From the NCBI GenBank assembly GCA_951406725.2, contig OX597823.1, positions 114,824,001-114,888,000 on the forward strand: 64,000 nucleotides of DNA, written 5' to 3'. Positions 15,530-28,100 of this stretch are shown here, one piece after another. Made by a program: the position numbers and the translations under genes. Within the stretch, counting starts at the first letter, position 1; every line of letters begins with the position of its first letter. The notes beneath the pieces were generated by a model. It made no database searches, had not been told where the DNA came from, and worked only from the letters and a program-made list of their open reading frames with translations. The DNA comes from Octopus vulgaris. Lineage: Eukaryota.

Positions 15530-17020
15530 TTTTGCGCCTGGCATTTTTCTTGTAGTCTTTGCTGCGCCGAACAAACAGGCTTTCAGTGCAATCAGGAAAC
15601 TCATCTCTTTAACCAGCTATTCAAACACGCTGCATCTGTTCCTACGACTCCTTATTACAATTGGGATAATGATAACTTCATGGCAATTCTAGATTCTTTG
15701 ATGTTCCTATATTTACGTTCTAGTATTTTTTTTTTAATGTTCTCACGTTCTTTTTCTACCATTCTTGCATTAAACGGACAAGTAACAGCGATTAAGCAAC
15801 ACGCGGCGCTTTATTGTGAACGACAATATCTGGGCGTGGATGTTATATTAGCCTCTCTGTTTGAAGTTTCACATTCCATAGCACCTTTGCATGCATTTTT
15901 TTTTAAAGATGCGTCCTATTTTATGGTCATACCATTTGTACACAGGTTCAAGCCAATAATTTTTACAGATTTGTCAACGTATGATTGTAGCAACATAGTC
16001 ATATCTCCCGTTCCTATCGATTGTCTGAGCCAGTATTTTACATCCACAGACATACGCACACACTTCGCCGCCTCTCTTTCACCACATATTTCACATTCAA
16101 CCGAAATAGCTTCCTTATCTATATTGTTCTTGATGTATCTTGTTCTGGTTGTTAATCCTGCGCGACTAGAATCGAGCCCTTTGTATTTTATAAAACTCTT
16201 TTCTATCGAAATGACGCTGGATCTCGATATATTTCTTTACTACCCACAAGGGGCTAAACACAGAGGGGACAAACAAGGACAGACACAACGCATCGCCCGG
16301 TCCAGGAATCGAAACCACAATCTTACGACCATGAGTTCAACACCCTAACCACTAAGCCACGCGCCTCTGCCCGTTCTTGTATATTCATGTTGATATCGTT
16401 CATTTCTAGCTCCAAGTATTTCAACTTTTCCCTTTCCTTCAGCTAATATATCATCTTTTCTTACTGCACCTTTTAGCTTCTTGCTTTTTACTTTTTCAAC
16501 TTCTCTGTTACTACTTCAGCATAATTTTCTACATCAATTAATCATCTACTTCCATCCTTTCCGTTGGAGAAAAATCTATCAACATCTACGCGTAGATGAA
16601 AGCTCTGTAGAGTCTCAGCGTTTTCATTGTTTTTCAATCTGCGTTCCCAAGATCTTTGTCCATTTGATTATTCTGACTCTGTACCTGATGACGAGGATAC
16701 GACTTTTAGTTTATGCTAGTGAGAGTATTTCCGCATTGATTTTCTTAAGTTAGTATTCTCCATAACCTCTTCAAATATTCTCTCCTGATTTTTGTCGTTT
16801 ATAATTTGACCCTTTACAATATCAGTTTCCCAAACTCCCATACCTTATATCCATATCCGTATCTTCTACTCATTTGGCAGATTCAATGTCACATTCATGA
16901 TATTTTCCATTTTTCAGCACAGGAATTTTTCACTTGAAATTACCAAATTCCATTCTGATGTCATTATCAAATACTCTCATAGTATTGATAAGAGTCTCCA
17001 AATCCCACCCAGTCTTGCCT
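15530..17020 (-). pseudogene. Old decayed R4/Dong-type LINE (late RT domains through RLE)
   Basis: Minus strand: GKT..LETLINTMRVFDNDIRMEFG..K; KTMKTLRLYRAFHLRVDVDR; KWYDHK; VLWNVKLQTE..HPRPDIVVHNK; KACLFGAAKTTRK. Many stops and frameshifts; SINE pieces at 16230-16365. Confidence 0.8.
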
Positions 17021-17360
17021 TGTGGCTTTCTCTCTTCCAGAGAAAGTAGGGTAGAGCCCTGACTGACGGTAGAGGTGTTATGTTATCAACTTGGAAATTA
17101 CCGTGATATGTTTTATCTTTTGTTACCAGAGAGCGTGATATATATCGACTTTATTGTAGTGCCCGAATATTGATGACCTTCGTCGAGCAATTGTGATACA
17201 TGAAGGGCGGTTCCAAACTGGAATATATAGTCAATAAGGAAATCCTAGATGTTCTATATCATGCATGGGCAACCTGCGGCCCGCGGGATGCATTCGGTCC
17301 ATGACATGTTGTTGTGAGTTTCTAGGTTACTAATTTTTACAAGCGAAGAATCTTTCTCAA

Positions 17361-18141
17361 CAATAATAAATCTCTAAACGAGATATAGACAGTAACTGCT
17401 CCATCATATAAGGGACATTATCCATTTGAATGTGGCTAGGGACAGGGCAGGGCGGTGGGGGTGTTACTGATGCATTTAGCCCCAGGCGATCATCAACGTC
17501 ACCAGATAGGCTGACACCATCACGGTGTCCTCTATCCTGCAAAGGGAGATCATTCCCCGAAGAAGCGGATGCCACATACGGACCCAGGTTTCAAGGTATT
17601 TGCCTATCGTCAACGTATGGCAGGCACCGCTCTTCGACGAACAACTTCCTGTGCAGGATATTTATATATAGATTTTCACGTAAATACATTTACTGATTTC
17701 GAAAATCTGTTCGACAGCAATAATAATTCTCTAAACGAGATATAGACAGTAACTGCTCCATCACATAAGGGACATTAGCCATTTGAATGTGGCTAGGGAC
17801 AGGGCAGGGCGGTAGGGGTGTTACTGATGCATTTAGCCCCAGGCGATCATCAACGTCACCAGATAGGCTGACACCATCACGGTGTCCTCTATCCTGCAAA
17901 GGGAGATCATTCCCCGAAGAAGCGGATGCCACTATATTTATATATAGATTTTCACGTTGATGATCGCCTGGGGCTAAATGCATCAGTAACACCCCTACCG
18001 CCCTGCCCTGTCCCTAGCCACATTCAAATGGCTAATGTCCCTTATGTGATGGAGCAGTTGCCTGGGGCTAAATGCATCAGTAACACCCTCACCGCCCTGC
18101 CCTGTCCCTAGCCACATTCAAATGGCTAATGTCCCTTATGT
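17361..18141 (-). mobile_element. HHR-bearing non-coding retroposon (family A): 357-bp unit, partial second unit and inverted segments, with 12-bp TSD
   Basis: Period of 357 bp (17371 versus 17728). 17954-18059 is the reverse complement of about 17751-17856, and is partly repeated at 18060-18141. AATCTTTCTCAA occurs at 17349-17360 and 18142-18153. Confidence 0.8.
17575..17619 (-). ncRNA. Type I hammerhead ribozyme, C3U variant (family A)
   Basis: Minus strand: CATACG-TTGACGA-TAGG-CAAATA-CCTT-GAAA-CCTGGG-TC^-CGTATG; perfect 6-bp stem I. Confidence 0.78.
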
Positions 18142-19664
18142 AATCTTTCTCAAATTTTCCAATTATTAACCTTATCATCTCTCACCTAATTTTGTATTTA
18201 ATTTCATCATCCCTCCCTCCTTCAGAGTAGAGTGGGCAAGTAATATTTCATGCATATGTGTTTTATCATGCAGACCTCTCCCACTTGGCAATGGTACGAT
18301 GCGACCCCCAGTTGACAAAAAGTTGCCCATCTCTATTCTATATATAAAAAAAAGATTCTTTGGTGATGAGTGAAACGTATTATTTGTTTATTGACCAGTT
18401 GCATGGAGATTGAGGTGTGGGTAAGCAACAACAACGAAAGTATCAATAATATCGATTGCAGTTTTCTTATCTCTGAGCACGTAATTATTGAAAAGAGAAT
18501 ATATATTTTAGGTATTGAAACTTCAAAGAATAAATGGTTGTCATATCGTGTTACCGCTTGTACGAAATTCGATATGGATGTTGGTTCTATAGTTCTGCAA
18601 TTTGTTGCTGTCATCATAACCCAGACAAAGCTGGAACATCACCATCAAGCATGATCTACTGAAATATTAAAAAGATGACCTTTTCCAAACATTTACCTCT
18701 CAATGAATATTGATTAGATTTCGATCATTGAATCTTGGTTCATTTTGTTTTTGATCTCGTCTCAGTATTTTACATGAAGGTCAAGGTTACCCTTATGTTG
18801 TTTGTTCCGAGAATCTGGTGGAATTTGTAACCTTGATCAGTTACAGCAAGTTTATTGTTTGTATGACCCTTAATTACTGATCAATTGAGATGATAACGCC
18901 TCTAACTTGTTTTCATAATCAGGATCTTAAATCAACTAGTTTTTACACAACTTCAGTCCACTTCTGCAGCTCCGCCCACGCAAATATGCTTCTATGGAAC
19001 CACAGATTCTCAGAGCTGAGCGCCAGCCTCATCCATTTTGCTAGACGAGAATTATCTACAAATGGCTTGGACACTATATTTCTTTCTTCATTAATAACTA
19101 TAGTCACATGAAAGTCTTGAAGAGGAATCAACTTATATCTTTACCAACGAATGAGATTACTTAATGGATTTGAAGACTAATGACTGCTTACGGGATGCTG
19201 ATAACAACAAATGTTCTAGTATTCTGATGTATTATTGTAACTGTACAAGAACAGAACCGGCTGCATCTGCGTTATGCCAGCGAAGCAAACTCAGGAAAAT
19301 GTATTTAGTCGATGACCGAATTAATTTTCCTTAGCGAGTCATCGATTAATATGCTTCTATAATAATAGCATTCTTGATCATTTATAACTGATACTATGGC
19401 CATTAAAACAGCCTACACAACACTACACAACACTAACAGTCAATGAAGGCGACGGTGATATACATTGCATTTCCATAATGGAAACGCAGTACTAGAGCAG
19501 CCGACACGGCATATCGGTGATACAGACAGCTCATACAGTTGAAGTTGAAGCATCATAGTGTGAATGTTTCAGCAACATGCAACGAGAAGCTTTTAGAGCA
19601 AGTAGCTCTGACAGCTTTACAGCCTTTTGGCCATAAGTTGCTGCAATACAACATGATTCTTTTG

Positions 19665-19940
19665 GCAGGTCCACAGCTCTTCAATATCCTCCCGAAGGAC
19701 CTGCGAGACCTGCATGGGGTGGATGTAGGTGTCTTCAAAATAAAGCTGGACCTCTTCCTGTCAAGTGTCCCAGATGAATCAACTTCGTGGCAGGAGGTGT
19801 AGATGAGAGCAGTTGCATCAAACTCTCTCATGCACCAAACGTCAATTGCTAAAAACTATTCGTGAACTAAAATCATGTAGCAACACCAAATGGCGGTGCC
19901 CCAGCATGGCCACAGCTCGTGAGCTGAAACTAGATGGAAA
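19665..19940 (+). mobile_element. 3' end of a CR1/L2-like LINE with a SINE-shared tail
   Basis: GPQLFNILPKDLRDL...FKIKLDLFLSSVPDE...SNSL, then GGCGGTGCCCCAGCATGGCCACAG-hairpin-GAAAC. Confidence 0.72.
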
Positions 19941-20445
19941 AAAAGATCATTCTGCGTAGATTGTCGTCCAGATAATAGACTACACTACACCGAGAATATA
20001 ATATCATCACTTTCCAGCTTGTTGTTATTGAATACTTGCATTAACTAGATCGTTATGTGATGTAACAGCACTCTTTAAACGCCCACATTGACTGCAGACT
20101 CACTTGTATATCCGCAAGTTTATCGTAATCACAGATACATCGATTCTTTCTCATGCGCCCATGCAGACTCGGATGTATGCATTACACGCGCGCACACACA
20201 CACATACGCACACACACACACACGCACACACGAAAAAAAAATATATATATATATATATTGTTTCACAACCTACACGGACCACTTTCTGATATCTTCTCTC
20301 CTATGAAGTGCTAATGTCCGAAACATTTAGATTCTTTCACTACTCACAGCCAATCAATTTATGGATAAATTCCTGACAAAAAACTAAGTACAGTTTTCTC
20401 AGATTTCAAATTTTACACACTCGCACATACACATACACACATAAA

Positions 20446-20487
<42 letters not shown>

Positions 20488-20581
20488 ATCTAAACATGAA
20501 CAAAGAGAAAACACAACAACGCAAGGACGTGGAACAAGTATAGTGTTATTGGACGCTCAGGAAGGGAAAGGAAGAAGGAGG

Positions 20582-20616
20582 ACTTAACGTTTCGAGCGGA
20601 GCACTTCATCAGAAAC
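20582..20616 (-). ncRNA. Minimal hammerhead motif (family B)
   Basis: Minus strand: GTTT-CTGATGA-A-GTGC-TCC-GCTC-GAAA-CGTT-AAGT. Confidence 0.62.
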
Positions 20617-21274
20617 ATAGAAAAGGTCCAAGGAAGGGAAGACGGAGAAAGAAAATCGCCAACATTACATACGCGGTCACACATGCATAAGTACTTCCAC
20701 AGAAATGCATATATAACGATTCTACACTTCTTGAAGAAATGCTGTGTTCGCTTCTGCTCCACAACATTTCACTGTGTTCCAAATAACATACCTTGACAAC
20801 GACACTGAAACCGTTTCATATTGACAATAGCTTTATTTTACCTATCGAATCTCTTACAATCAATCTAAACCGCTGTTAGCAAGAATGCACAAACACGTGT
20901 ATGTTTGTGTGTGAGTGTGCATGTTTGTGTATGTGTATGTGTGTATATACATGTATATGTATATATATGTGTATATGCATGAATGAAAGTATGCATGTAT
21001 GTATGTATGTATGTATGTATGTATGAATAGATATATATTTCTAGTTTGCGTTTCTTATATACTAATATATTCTGTATTTCGCCTTTGGTAGAATACAAAC
21101 AGATTATGCGTGTATATACATCTAATCAAACGGCTGCTCTGCTAAATAACCACCTACAAGCTATAATATTTAACCAGATGGCTATCTATCACTTCTTCCG
21201 GATTCAATATAAAAAACGGCAATTTTCAATCTGAAAGCTGAGTATATATAGATATATACACGTATATATACATG

Positions 21275-21346
<72 letters not shown>

Positions 21347-22041
21347 TACACACACACACACAGATCCATACATACACACATTTTGTTAGTGTTCTCTCAA
21401 GATATTCAAAGAATTTTTAATAGAGTAAATAACGTCGATGGAATATACGCCGTCATATTTCCTAGCTTTCTTGATTTAAGAGTCTTTTATACAATCCTAA
21501 CATCAGTTTTCATTTGACAAAGTATGTATTATTTGAGAGTATGAACTCTCTTGTATATCTAACTATTCACTAACGAAACCAAAGACAAAGATTTAAACAA
21601 AAAAAAATAAGTAAACGAAAGGGAGGTGAGCGATATTTTTTGATAGTGAAGTATTTCACAAGGAGATGGTTTACAGTCAACCTGGCGCGAACACAAATAA
21701 ACAAAGAGTTCTATTTAATACATTCTAGACTTGTTGGTATCACAGATTCGTGATTCAGATTTTTTGCCCTCAATTTGTTTATCCAGCTTTGCACGTCACA
21801 TTTTACTTGTTTTTTTTTTGTTTTTTTTTGTTTTGTTTTTGTTGTTGTTGCTTTTTTTGTGTGTGTTTTGTTTTATTCTTTTAATGATATGTTTTGTTCT
21901 ATATTTCCAAACAACATGTTTCCGATAAGAATCGGTAGAAATAATATCACAGAAATTTTTACGTCATGTGTTAAGTTGACAGGGAGAGAATGAAAGAATG
22001 AGAGATTGTGAAAGAGAGGGAATAGAGAGTACAGAGGTCGT

Positions 22042-22092
<51 letters not shown>

Positions 22093-22456
22093 AGAAAGAA
22101 AACTTTCTAAGATATAAATGTTCGATGTTGCTGCTATTGTTGTTGCTGATGGTGGCGGCGTTGATGATAGGTAACGGTGGGTTTTGATTACAGTGACGTA
22201 GGTTGCGGTGACAGTGTCGGTGTTGTTGGTGTAGCAGCTGATAATAGTAAGGAGGGAGGTAGTTCTGGTGCAGTCGGTTGTTGTGTTGTTGCTGCTGTTA
22301 CATGCAGGTTACTCCTTCTCCTACTTTCGCGCCATCTTTTCCTTTTGCTTTGCTCCAGGTACTAGAACTTTCTACCTTCTTTCTTTAATCCTTCGCTTCC
22401 TTCCGTTTCGTTCAGCCCGCACCCTAGACTTTTGAGCATCTCACACTGCATCTCAT

Positions 22457-22523
<67 letters not shown>

Positions 22524-22613
22524 AATCCAAACGGGAAAACAAAAAAAAAACAACACGTGGAACAATTACAGTATTATTATTAATAGGCGCTCAGGAAATA
22601 TGGAAGCAGGAAG

Positions 22614-22648
22614 ATATGACGTTTCGAGCGGAGCTCTTCGTCGGAAAC
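22614..22648 (-). ncRNA. Minimal hammerhead motif, U4C variant (family B, left arm of inverted repeat)
   Basis: Minus strand: GTTT-CCGACGA-A-GAGC-TCC-GCTC-GAAA-CGTC-ATAT. Confidence 0.58.
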
Positions 22649-24344
22649 ATAAAGAAGGAAGAGAGAGGAAAGAAAGATCCGAAAGTGAGCAACAAGAGAT
22701 GGAGAAAAAAAACGAAGTGTTTACGAAGTACACATGGTGAAAGGCGGAAGTTTACGATAACAAGAGCAAAGTAGGTTTTTAAAGCCAAAAGAGTGGAGAC
22801 AGGGTTGGTAACGCAACAGATGTGTGTGTATGTGTGAGTGTGTGCGTGTGCGTGTGTGTATGTGTGTGTGAGGCGAGATAAAAAAACAAAAAATATATGT
22901 ATATGTTAGTGTGTGCGTCTGTGTGTAGGCGTGTGAGGTAGGGCGAACAGTAGTAGGCAGCAGACAGTGGTCAGTAGTAAGAAAATGAAGGAAGGAGGAA
23001 GGGAGGGAGGGGAAGGGGTGGGGGTGTATGTAACGTGCCAGCGTGTGTTGAGTAGTAGTGTGTGTGTGTGTCCAGTGTCGTGGTTGTATTAATGGCGAGT
23101 AGATTTGAAGTGTGTGTAAGAGTAATGTATATATTTAAGCAATGTGTGTGTGTGAGTGGGTGTATGTATGTGTGCGCGTGTGTGTAACAAAAAAGGGGGG
23201 TTATAAGGAAAAAGGACTCCAGCTGAGGGGAAAGATGGAAGAGTGGTCCCGCGGAGACGGGCGTGGGAGAACCCAAGGACAGGCGACGGCCCCAGGAACG
23301 AGCGGGAGGTCTCGTCGGGTCCAAGAGCGAGGTGCATGCATGCGCGTATGCGTGCGCGAACCGGCGCAAGCGCGTGTGTGCGCGCGCCTGCGAGTGTGCG
23401 CGTAAGTATGTATGTGTGTGGATGTGTGAGTGTGTCTGTGTGTATGTCTGGGTGTCAGTGTGTCCGATGAATGTATGTGAGTATGTGTGTATATATGTGT
23501 GTGCATAGATGTATGTCCGTGTGTGTGTGTGTGTATGTGTATGAGTGTGTATGTATGTACGTGTGGGTGTGTGTGTGTATGTGCATGTGTGTGCGCGTAC
23601 ATACAGGTGTGTGAGTGAGTGTGTGTGTGTATGTATGTGTGAGTGTGTATGTATGTGTGTGTAGGATGCATGTATGTGTATGGGTGTATATATGTGTGGG
23701 GGCCGTCGCCTGTCCTTGGGTTCTCCCACGCCCGTCTCCGCGGGACCACTCTTCCATCTTCCCCTCAGCTGGAGTCCTTTTTCCTTATAACCCCCCCCTT
23801 TTTTGTTACACACGCGCGCACACATACATACACCCACTCACACACACACATTGCTTAAATATATACATTACTCTTACACACACTTCAAATCTACTCGCCA
23901 TTAATACAACCACGACACTGGACACACACACACACTACTACTCAACACACGCTGGCACGTTACATACACCCCCACCCCTTCCCCTCCCTCCCTTCCTCCT
24001 TCCTTCATTTTCTTACTACTGACCACTGTCTGCTGCCTACTACTGTTCGCCCTACCTCACACGCCTTCACACAACGCACACACTAACATATACATATATT
24101 TTTTGTTTTTTTATCTCGCCTCACACACACATACACACACGCACACGCACACACTCACACATACACACACATCTGTTGCGTTACCAACCCTGTCTCCACT
24201 CTTTTGGCTTTAAAAACCTACTTTGCTCTTGTTATCGTAAACTTCCGCCTTTCACCATGTGTACTTCGGAAACACCAGTCGTTTTTTTCTCCATCTCTTG
24301 TTGCCCACTTTGGGATCTTTCTTTCCTCTCTCTTCCTTCTTTAT

Positions 24345-24379
24345 GTTTCCGACGAAGAGCTCCGCTCGAAACGTCATAC
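24345..24379 (+). ncRNA. Minimal hammerhead motif, U4C variant (family B, right arm of inverted repeat)
   Basis: GTTT-CCGACGA-A-GAGC-TCC-GCTC-GAAA-CGTC-ATAC. Confidence 0.6.
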
Positions 24380-24795
24380 CTTCCTGCTTCCATATTTCCT
24401 GAGCGCCTATTAATAATAATACTGTAATTGTTCCACGTGTTGTTGTTTTTTTGTTTTCCCGTTTGGATTAAAATTATACCACTGCGCGCCTACACGGACC
24501 CCTTGTACCTTGGATACCAATTCCCGGATTTTTGCACCTACGGATTATTGTTACCATTCTTCCGGACCCACGGATCACCTGCAACCTTCTTCCGGAGTAC
24601 CGCCATTATCGTGATTGAAAATCATTACCTAATCTGTCCGTTGACTCTCAAATCTCTTTCCTGACTTTTTTCAACTATTTTCTATTGTTTTCAAACTGTC
24701 TTCACCCTTTTTCTTCTTTTGTTGTTTTCCTTTTGTCTCTCCTTTTTCCTGTTTCGCCACCACCCACCTTTACCTGTTTGCCACCACTTCTCATC

Positions 24796-25057
24796 ATGCC
24801 TGACTTGCACTCGTTCGTCCAACACCTTCAATCCCTCCTTAGCCGCTACCTCGCGTTCTTCCCCCCACAATGTTCCGCACCTGCTATAAAACTTTCCCGC
24901 TTGCTTTTTAAGAAAACTCGCCATTCAAGCCATCTTTCCTTTCTTAGCCGTTCCCTCCGCCATCATGTCACACCCCGCGGTTTCCTCTTGAAGTTCCACG
25001 CTACCCCCTATTCCTCCCCCTTCATCGAACCCACCCTCGCTCGTACCTCCCGCTCCA
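24796..25057 (+). pseudogene. Truncated N-terminus of a PLE ORF (Neptune-like)
   Basis: MPDLHSF...SHLSFLSRSLRHHVTPRGFLLKF resembles the H..FL..C....V.P.GF.L N-terminal motif I recall from PLE ORFs. It is cut off by (TA)n and a SINE. Confidence 0.6.
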
Positions 25058-25346
25058 TATATATATATATTTCTTTACTGCCCACTAGGGGCTAATCATA
25101 GAGTGGACAAACAAGGACAGACAAAGGCATTAAGTCGATTACATCGACCCCAGTGCGAAAATGCTACTTTATTTATCGACCCCGAAAGGATGAAAGCCAA
25201 AGTCGACCTGGGCGGAATTTGAACTCGGAACGTAACGACAGGCGAAATACAGCTACGCACTTCGCCCGGCATGCTAATGTTTCTGCCAGCTCGCCGCCTT
25301 GTTATATATATATATATATCTTTCTCTCTCTCTCTCTGTCTCTCTG

Positions 25347-25377
<31 letters not shown>

Positions 25378-25400
25378 CTGTCTCTCTCTCTATCTATCTA

Positions 25401-25446
<46 letters not shown>

Positions 25447-26637
25447 ACACACCTCCCTTTTTAATTCTCTGATTACGCCTCTACTTGAATTTTTTCCTAA
25501 TTTACTTGTCCACAACCCCCTCTCTGTCTTGCATTCCACACGATAATTCAACATATAAATCATTCTATGCACTCTCCACTTGTATATGGTACCAGTCTTT
25601 GGAATCGAACCTGGAACCACGTGGCACTAAACCAAATTTCTTAACCATACTGCCATACTGCCATACTGCACCACTTGTAGTATTTCCGTTTATATTTCTG
25701 TCGATATTTTAAGTAGAAATATTTCCGACCACCACTTCATGGAATCAATAGACCAAGTAAGTAGTGAGGTCAATTAAAGCAGCTATACGGCTTACCTAAA
25801 ATTTATAACCATATATGAATGTCTTGAAATCAATAATCGATAAAAGAATAAAGTGAATTGCCAAGGGTTGACGGAGTTGATAGAACACTGAACTTTAAAA
25901 TATCTAAACCACGAATATATTTCGAACACAACAGTTCACAGTAAAATGTCATTGACCCAGAATAAATGTTCTTACCAAACTAGATGGTTGACGATAATAA
26001 AATAAAATATTCACATAAAATATTCCCAAAATACATAATTCTTGCCAGAAACAACACAGTACACAGCTTGTGCAAACACGATCAAAACTGTTATTATTGT
26101 AGCCCTTACGATACGCAGCTATATTTGATATATAAACAAGCAAAATAAGAGAGCCTTTTCTATATTATCACATCTCTCAATATCATAAACCAGAAATAAT
26201 AAGCGAAACAATACTTCTTATGGTTTTTCTTTATCCGTTTACAAATTTCAAAATGGTGGAACAGTTGTAAGGTTTCTCTCTTATCAATGGAGGTTGGGGT
26301 TATCATTTAGCACCAAGTGACTTGTGATCGAGAAGGCATTCCAGCTGTTACTATCTTGTCTTGACGTGTAGTCTTTCTAGAACTACATAAGCCAATGTTC
26401 TTATTTCCTAAATCATGTTGATTTTTGAGGGAGATTTGTGAATTATTTCTATTTCTAGCAGGCCGAGAGATCACATATAGGCTTTCATGTCGGCCCGAAT
26501 CTATCAGGCAGAGATATGTGTGTGTGTGTGAGTATACATGTATTATATATATATACATACATATATATACATATATATATACATGTGTTCGTGCGTGTAA
26601 TATATATATATATATGTTTGTAGTATATATATATACG

Positions 26638-26759
<122 letters not shown>

Positions 26760-27131
26760 TACACACATATATATATGTATATATATATATATGTATGTAT
26801 ATATATATGCCAAACCGCTTGTTGTTGTTGTACCCCGCCTATCTCTTGTGGTGTGTTACATCACATTAAAGACTAATTAGGTTACTGCTGTTGCTGCTGC
26901 TGCTGCTGCTGCTGTTACTGTTGCTGGTGTGGTTGTTGTTGCTACTGCTGCTGCAGTGCGTATATTTGTCTGGTCTGAGTGAAAGTGGGAGATTGACAGT
27001 AAAGCAACGATGTTTTACTACTATTCTGGACTGTTAAACATATGTTTAGATGTTTAGGGGAGATAAAAAGCACAATGACGGGGCCTGTGGCTCTTGCTTT
27101 TTGATTCTCTCTTTCATTCTCTCTCTCTCTT

Positions 27132-27177
<46 letters not shown>

Positions 27178-27459
27178 ACACATATATCAAGACGGTCTTT
27201 CATTTAGGATAGTTATGTTTCATTGTAGGTTGTTGTTTAACCCCAAGCCATAGCTGATTGAATGAACCTATAACGAAAGACATTCCAGATATGACATCCC
27301 TCCATTTTCCTGTGTACGCCGAGCCCAGTTCTACATTATCCAACGCATCTATATATATTTTTTTTCATGGCGGTTGGAATGATTTGAACGATATTTGACA
27401 ACTCTTTCTAATAAGTCCAGCGACTATGCAGCGTCTCCCTCGCTGACTACTTTTTCTAC

Positions 27460-27805
27460 CGTCATAGCATCCTGTGGGTGTAGTCTATAAGACAGAGTAC
27501 CCTTTGACGGTACCCTGTCTTAGCACCATGTCATAGAATCCTGTGACAGCAGGATTCTATGTGATAATACCAAATTGTAATTCTCTGAGGAAATACACAG
27601 TCATAGTACCCTGTCATAGTACCCTTTATAGCACATTGCTATAGTACCCTGTCATAGCACCCTTGATAGCACATTGCTATAGTACCCTTATGGTAATACG
27701 AAACGATAATAGTCTGTGGTAGTATCCCATGTTAGTACCGTGTCTTAGCACCCTGGGGTAACACACTGTGAAACTATTCTGTGGTAATATCCTATGTTAT
27801 ACTGA
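27460..27805. repeat. Degenerate ~13-bp minisatellite (ATAGTACCCTGTC-like)
   Basis: Recurrent ATAG(T/C)ACCCT(G/T) units. Confidence 0.7.
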
Positions 27806-27809
27806 CGGG

Positions 27810-28100
27810 AAGACGCATGGCTCAGTGGTTAGAGCGTCGAGCTTACGATCGTGAGGTTGTGAGTTCGAATCGCAGACCGAGCTGTGGGTTGTGTTCTTGA
27901 GCAAGACACTTTATTTCGTGATGCTGCAGTTCACTCAGCTGTAGATATGAGTTGCGACGTCACAGGTGCCAAGCTGTATCGGCCCCTTTGCCTTTCCCTT
28001 GGATAACACTGGTGGCGTGGAGAGGAGAGGCCGGTATGCAGGGGCGACTGCTGGTCTTCCATAAACAACCTTGCCCGGACTTGTGTCTGGGAGGGTAACT
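27810..28100 (+). mobile_element. tRNA-derived SINE (family S3); fragments at 16290-16365(-) and 35075-35280(-)
   Basis: A box TGGCTCAGTGG, B box GTTCGAATC, followed by GTGTTCTTGAGCAAGACACTT (SINE central domain). Confidence 0.8.

Larger units (their letters stand above)
17260..18335. mobile_element. hAT MITE with 8-bp TSD (host of the family A insertion)
   Basis: TIRs CATGCATGGGCAAC and GTTGCCCATCTCTA; TSD TTCTATAT at 17252-17259 and 18336-18343. Confidence 0.8.
22515..25057 (+). mobile_element. Penelope-like element fragment with inverted pLTR pair and the start of its ORF
   Basis: Near-identical ~780-bp inverted arms (22515-23293 and 23699-24478), each with an HHR motif. The right arm continues into an ORF start. 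Both ends abut (TA)n. Confidence 0.75.

Noticed and set aside
15494-16348. 284-aa plus-strand ORF
   Set aside because: It is the antisense shadow of the decayed R4/Dong LINE on the minus strand, running into SINE sequence.
20295-20335. CTATGA-AGTGC-TAAT-GTCC-GAAACATT, family-B-like HHR
   Set aside because: Core and stems are too decayed to count, although it may be a relic.
27460-27805. CRISPR-like appearance of short repeats (also 30500-30830)
   Set aside because: Degenerate minisatellites without unique fixed-length spacers, in a eukaryotic context with no cas genes.
27811-27885. Possible tRNA gene
   Set aside because: The acceptor stem does not pair and the sequence continues into a SINE body, so it is a SINE head.
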